This document shows, one piece after another, positions 60,309 to 64,000 of a stretch of 64,000 nt of DNA. The notes beneath the pieces are model-generated. The model did no database searches. It was not told where the DNA came from and was given only the letters and a program-made list of their open reading frames with translations. The stretch's first letter is position 1; each line of letters opens with the position of its first letter. A program made the position numbers and the translations under genes. The stretch is from an uncultured delta proteobacterium (lineage in GTDB: Bacteria > Myxococcota_A > Polyangia > Polyangiales > B10-G4), in assembly GCA_963727445.1 (NCBI GenBank), contig CAVSGI010000020.1, positions 640,001-704,000 on the forward strand, in the 5' to 3' direction.

Positions 60309-60700
60309 CGCTTCTTCCGTTTCCGCTCGGCGATCAAGGCGGAGAGCTGATCGAGCGAGCGCTGATCGGCCTCGGCGATGACGTCGACGAACGCGGTCAG
60401 CACGCCGAGATCGGCGAGGGCCTGGGCGCCCCCGACGGCGTCGACCATGCGCCGTGCGTGGAACGCTTCGCGCTCGATCGCAGGACGATAGCGATAGGCG
60501 TGCGACACCTTCACGCGCTTCACCAAGCCCTTGCGGTGCAGCCGCTCGAGGGCCGAGCCGACCGTGTTGACGCTGTTGCTCCGCGCGCGTCCGACCACCG
60601 CGTGGGTCTCGGTGACGTCCGCTTCGCCGACCGACCACAGGTGGTCGAGCACCTCGAGCTCGAGCTCACCGAGCGGCGGCAGAGGGGCGTCGAGCGACAT
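60305..60700 (-). CDS. BlaI/MecI/CopY family transcriptional repressor
   Basis: 'LGELELEVLDHLW', 'NTVGSALERLHRKGLV', 'AYRY'; ATGA overlap with the M56 gene. Confidence 0.92.
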   Translation of the reverse strand: MSLDAPLPPLGELELEVLDHLWSVGEADVTETHAVVGRARSNSVNTVGSALERLHRKGLVKRVKVSHAYRYRPAIEREAFHARRMVDAVGGAQALADLGVLTAFVDVIAEADQRSLDQLSALIAERKRKKR

Positions 60701-60707
60701 GGAGACA

Positions 60708-60736
60708 ACGATGCCAATCGAGTCTCCGATGGTCAA
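60708..60736 (-). promoter_or_regulatory. Putative sigma70 promoter with an inverted repeat in the spacer (candidate repressor operator)
   Basis: Minus strand TTGACC-N17-CATCGT ending 7 nt before ATG 60700 (leaderless); imperfect dyad CCAATCG-N6-CGATGG at 60714-60732. Confidence 0.4.
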
Positions 60737-60800
60737 TCGGATTTAGCGCTGGAAAAGGGCGGCCGTTGCTCGCAGCGGTCGGCTCTGTCAGGGTCGCGCC

Positions 60801-61193
60801 ATGGCGAAAGTGACCGGGATCGGGGGCGTATTCTTCAAGTCGAAGTCGGATCGGAAGGAGCTCGCCGCGTGGTACGCGCGCCACCTGGGTCTCGCGCTCG
60901 AGCCCTGGGGTGGGGCGCTCTTGAAGTGGCCGAAGGACCCGGCGGGCGACGGCGGCGTCACGGTCTGGCACGTCGCCGACCACGACAGCGATTGGTTCAG
61001 CCCGAGCGAATCGCGCTTCATGATCAACTATCGCGTCGACGATCTCGAGGCGCTGCTCACGCAGCTGCGCGAAGGTGGCGTGGAGATCGTCAAAGGGCCG
61101 GAGTCCCACGACAACGGTCATTTCGCCTGGATCCTCGATCCGGATGGCAACAAGCTCGAGCTGTGGCAGCCCATCGCCAGCGACGAGAAGTGA
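60801..61193 (+). CDS. VOC family protein
   Basis: 'VTGIGGVFFKS', 'FMINYRVDDL', 'GHFAWILDPDGNKLELW'. Confidence 0.92.
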   Translation: MAKVTGIGGVFFKSKSDRKELAAWYARHLGLALEPWGGALLKWPKDPAGDGGVTVWHVADHDSDWFSPSESRFMINYRVDDLEALLTQLREGGVEIVKGPESHDNGHFAWILDPDGNKLELWQPIASDEK

Positions 61194-62155
61194 CCGCGCG
61201 GCCCTGGTGCTGGCTTCTGCTCGTCGTCACGCTCAGCGGCGCTTGCGGGGACGGTCGCACCGTCGCGGACGCGGCACCCGCCGACGGAAGCCGCCCGGAC
61301 GCAACACCTGACGGCGCTTCACCACGGGACGCCGGTAGCATCGACACCCTCGTCGTCGGCGAGTGGAACCTGAACTGGTTCGGAAGCGGTGACTACGGCC
61401 CCTTCGACCTCGATCTGCAACAGCAGAACGTCACCACCGTGCTCGAGCGTAATCCGGCACCCCTCTGGGCTCTCGAGGAGGTCGTCGATGCGCGGCGCCT
61501 GGCGGCGGTGGCGGCGGACATCGGCGGCTATCAGTACGTCCTCGCCCAGGACACCTCGGTCGACAACCACCGCGATTTCCGGGGCACGCAGATGACGGGC
61601 ATCCTCTACGACCCGGCGGTCATCACCCTGCGCTCGGCGAAGATCGTGCTCGGCTCGGATTACTACAATTTCGCCGAGCGTCCGCCCCTCGAGGTGGCCC
61701 TGGACGTTCGAATGACCACCGGCACGGTGCCGCTCACCATCCTCGTCCTCCACATGAAGGCCTACGATGACGCCAGCTCCTACGATCGCCGCGCGTCGGC
61801 CGCCATGGAGCTCAAGACCTACCTCGACACGAACCATCCTGGGGACCGGGTGCTCGTGGCCGGCGACTTCAACGACGACCTCGACACCTCGCTGCGTTCC
61901 GGTAGCCCTTCTCCCTACGCCTCGTTCGTTTCCGATGCCGCCGACTACGTCTTCCCGACCCTTCTCTTCACCGAGATGCACTTCGGAACGCAGGTCGATT
62001 CGCGTGGCGATCCCATCGACCACCAGATGGTCACCGACGAGCTCGCACCGACCGTCGTCGACGGCTCCCCCGCCGTGATCCGCCCGTCGATCGGGAGCTA
62101 CTCCGACACCACGAGCGACCACTACCCGATCCAGGTGACGTACGCGCTCCGCTGA
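61190..62155 (+). CDS. Endonuclease/exonuclease/phosphatase family lipoprotein
   Basis: GTGA overlap; lipobox SGAC; 'WNLNWFG', 'LEEV', 'HMKA', 'GDFND', 'IDH', 'SDHYP'. Confidence 0.88.
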   Translation: MTARPWCWLLLVVTLSGACGDGRTVADAAPADGSRPDATPDGASPRDAGSIDTLVVGEWNLNWFGSGDYGPFDLDLQQQNVTTVLERNPAPLWALEEVVDARRLAAVAADIGGYQYVLAQDTSVDNHRDFRGTQMTGILYDPAVITLRSAKIVLGSDYYNFAERPPLEVALDVRMTTGTVPLTILVLHMKAYDDASSYDRRASAAMELKTYLDTNHPGDRVLVAGDFNDDLDTSLRSGSPSPYASFVSDAADYVFPTLLFTEMHFGTQVDSRGDPIDHQMVTDELAPTVVDGSPAVIRPSIGSYSDTTSDHYPIQVTYALR

Positions 62156-62160
62156 GTCAC

Positions 62161-62772
62161 TCAGCTCTTCATCCACAAGCGAAGCATGTGGGGCATCTCG
62201 CGGTCGACGCGGATCTGCGCGTAAGCCGTGGGCATCCGGCCGCCGAAGCCGTTGTACCCGATGACGTACGTTCCCACGCGCGCCTTCTCGAGGAAGCTCT
62301 GAACGAAAGCGACGTCTCGTCGATGGCGCTCGTCGCTCAACTCGACGTCATCGCCGAGTCGCTGCTCTGGTAGGAAGCGGTTTTCGCCGAAAGGGTTGTA
62401 GAGGTAATAGGCATCCGCCTCGGGCAGCGCGCACTGTCCCAGCGTTCCCTGAAGGAAGTGGACGCGATCCGCGACGTCGAAGCGCTGGGCGAGGTCGCGC
62501 GCGGCCGCGACGAAGTGTGGTCGATGCTCGATGCCCACGAACGAGCACTGGCTGGCGAGCGCGGTGGCGACGCAGAACTTCCCCGCCCCGGAGCCGATGT
62601 CGACCACCGTCCTGACGCCGAGCTCGTCGAGCCACCCGGCGACGCGCAGCGCGACCACGAGCGGCGTCCAGTGCTGGTTGGAGACGAGCCTCGACGGGTC
62701 GGACAGGAAGCGATCGAAATCGCGATCGAGGGGACATTTCCCCAGGCGAAGCATCTGGGCGATTTCGTCCAC
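62161..62772 (-). CDS. SAM-dependent methyltransferase domain protein
   Basis: 'HWTPL', 'VVDIGSGAGKFC', 'GIEHR', 'YYLYNPFGEN'. Confidence 0.82.
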   Translation of the reverse strand: MDEIAQMLRLGKCPLDRDFDRFLSDPSRLVSNQHWTPLVVALRVAGWLDELGVRTVVDIGSGAGKFCVATALASQCSFVGIEHRPHFVAAARDLAQRFDVADRVHFLQGTLGQCALPEADAYYLYNPFGENRFLPEQRLGDDVELSDERHRRDVAFVQSFLEKARVGTYVIGYNGFGGRMPTAYAQIRVDREMPHMLRLWMKS

Positions 62773-62792
62773 GGGATTAGATCATATGGGCG

Positions 62793-63902
62793 ATGAGTGA
62801 AGCGGCAACACCAGGCCTGATGACCCGTCTGTCCTTCCTGGACCGTTATCTGACCGTCTGGATCTTCGCCGCCATGGCGGCCGGCGTCGGTCTCGGGTTC
62901 GCGGCCCCCGGCGTCGTGGATGCCCTCGACGCCATGAGCGTCGGCACGACGAGCATCCCCATCGCCATCGGCCTCATCCTGATGATGTACCCGCCGCTGG
63001 CCAAGGTTCGCTACGAGGAGCTCGGGCGGGTCTTTCGCAACAAGCGGGTGCTCGCGCTCTCGCTCGTCCAGAACTGGCTGATCGGGCCCGTGCTGATGTT
63101 CGGTCTCGCCGTCCTCTTCTTGCGAGACGAGCCCGAGTACATGCTGGGGCTCATCCTCATCGGTCTCGCCCGCTGCATCGCCATGGTCATCGTGTGGAAC
63201 GACCTGGCCAGAGGCGACCGCGAGTACTGCGCGGGCCTGGTGGCGATGAACTCCATCTTCCAGGTGCTCTTCTTCTCGGTCTACGCGTACTTCTTCGCCA
63301 CGCTCCTGCCGAGCTGGCTCGGCCTCGAAGGCGCGGTGGTGAACATCACCATCGGCGAGATCGCCAAGACCGTAGCCATCTATCTCGGGATCCCCTTCGC
63401 GGCCGGCTTCCTCACCCGCCGGCTGCTCGTGCGTGCGAAGGGTCGCGAGTGGTACGAGACGAAGTTCGCGTCGCGCATCGGCCCGATCACCCTGGTCTCG
63501 CTGCTCTTCACCATCGTCGTCATGTTCTCGCTCAAGGGCGAGGCCATCGTCCAGCTGCCCCTCGACGTGCTGCGCATCGCCGTGCCGCTGCTCATCTACT
63601 TCGTCGTGATGTTCCTGATCACGTTCTTCATGAGCAAGCGCGTCGGCGCGAGCTACGAAGAGGCGGCGACGCTCTCGTTCACGGCAGCCTCGAACAACTT
63701 CGAGCTCGCCATCGCCGTCGCCATCGCGAGCTTCGGCATCCACAGCGGTGCCGCGTTCGCCGCGGTCATCGGCCCCCTGGTCGAAGTCCCCGCCCTCATC
63801 GGGCTCGTTCACGTGGCTCTGTGGCTCGGCAGGAAGTATTTCCCCGAGGCCAAGCTCGATGCTGGCGAGGCGTCCGGCGGGCCCCACCACGAAGCCGCAT
63901 GA
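62793..63902 (+). CDS. acr3: ACR3 family arsenite efflux transporter
   Basis: '[12 protein letters not shown]', '[12 protein letters not shown]', 'QNWLIGP', 'ARCIAMV..WN', '[11 protein letters not shown]', 'GPLVEVP'. Confidence 0.95.
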   Translation: MSEAATPGLMTRLSFLDRYLTVWIFAAMAAGVGLGFAAPGVVDALDAMSVGTTSIPIAIGLILMMYPPLAKVRYEELGRVFRNKRVLALSLVQNWLIGPVLMFGLAVLFLRDEPEYMLGLILIGLARCIAMVIVWNDLARGDREYCAGLVAMNSIFQVLFFSVYAYFFATLLPSWLGLEGAVVNITIGEIAKTVAIYLGIPFAAGFLTRRLLVRAKGREWYETKFASRIGPITLVSLLFTIVVMFSLKGEAIVQLPLDVLRIAVPLLIYFVVMFLITFFMSKRVGASYEEAATLSFTAASNNFELAIAVAIASFGIHSGAAFAAVIGPLVEVPALIGLVHVALWLGRKYFPEAKLDAGEASGGPHHEAA

Positions 63903-64000
63903 AGACCCTGGACACAGCGCTGGTCGTGGTCCGCGAGCAGCTCGCGGAGGCGAAGGCGGCTCGAAAGCGCCACGCCTGCGGCTGTCTTCACTCCACCGTC
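63899..64000 (+). CDS. 5' end of a gene coupled to acr3 (Cys motif; possibly DUF4346/MtrA-like), cut by window edge
   Basis: ATGA overlap with acr3 stop; [34 protein letters not shown] is open to the window end. Confidence 0.4.
   Translation, partial: MKTLDTALVVVREQLAEAKAARKRHACGCLHSTV

Noticed and set aside
59358..60700. BlaR1/BlaI as a beta-lactam resistance locus
   Set aside because: No penicillin-binding sensor domain and no beta-lactamase or PBP gene nearby; the downstream genes are metal-type RND efflux.

Overview
GC-rich bacterial DNA, most likely Myxococcota (Polyangiales/Sandaracinus-like). This is an inference from a MYXO-CTERM-type tail, an FHA-sigma54 activator next to a Ser/Thr kinase, and many Cys-rich and 'GKAD' lipoproteins. 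The window holds about 65 genes. I found no rRNA, tRNA, CRISPR array, transposase or integrase. Region 1-27 kb: housekeeping and stress genes (lepB, miaE, tsaB, yajQ, a degenerate glgA, purE, parvulin PPIase, GST, htpG, photolyase, HugZ-like) mixed with secreted or lipoprotein genes; six genes in the first 20 kb carry single frameshifts that look like sequencing errors. Region 28.9-30.8 kb: a sigma54-promoter operon with a Tat-exported PLP enzyme. Region 30.8-32.3 kb: a scrambled junction of three gene fragments. Region 35.3-45.3 kb: an apparently self-contained signalling-plus-output system (Kelch and PEGA lipoproteins, membrane Ser/Thr kinase, FHA-sigma54 activator, then a sigma54 promoter driving a Cys-rich lipoprotein / DUF1592-like heme protein / DUF1501 / cytochrome c operon). 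Region 48.8-64 kb: a metal/metalloid-resistance cluster with a CzcCBA-type RND pump headed by a BlaI repressor and an M56 protease carrying a His/Cys-rich loop, plus a thioredoxin-like/hemerythrin fusion and Acr3. All family calls come from motif recognition by eye, not from database searches.
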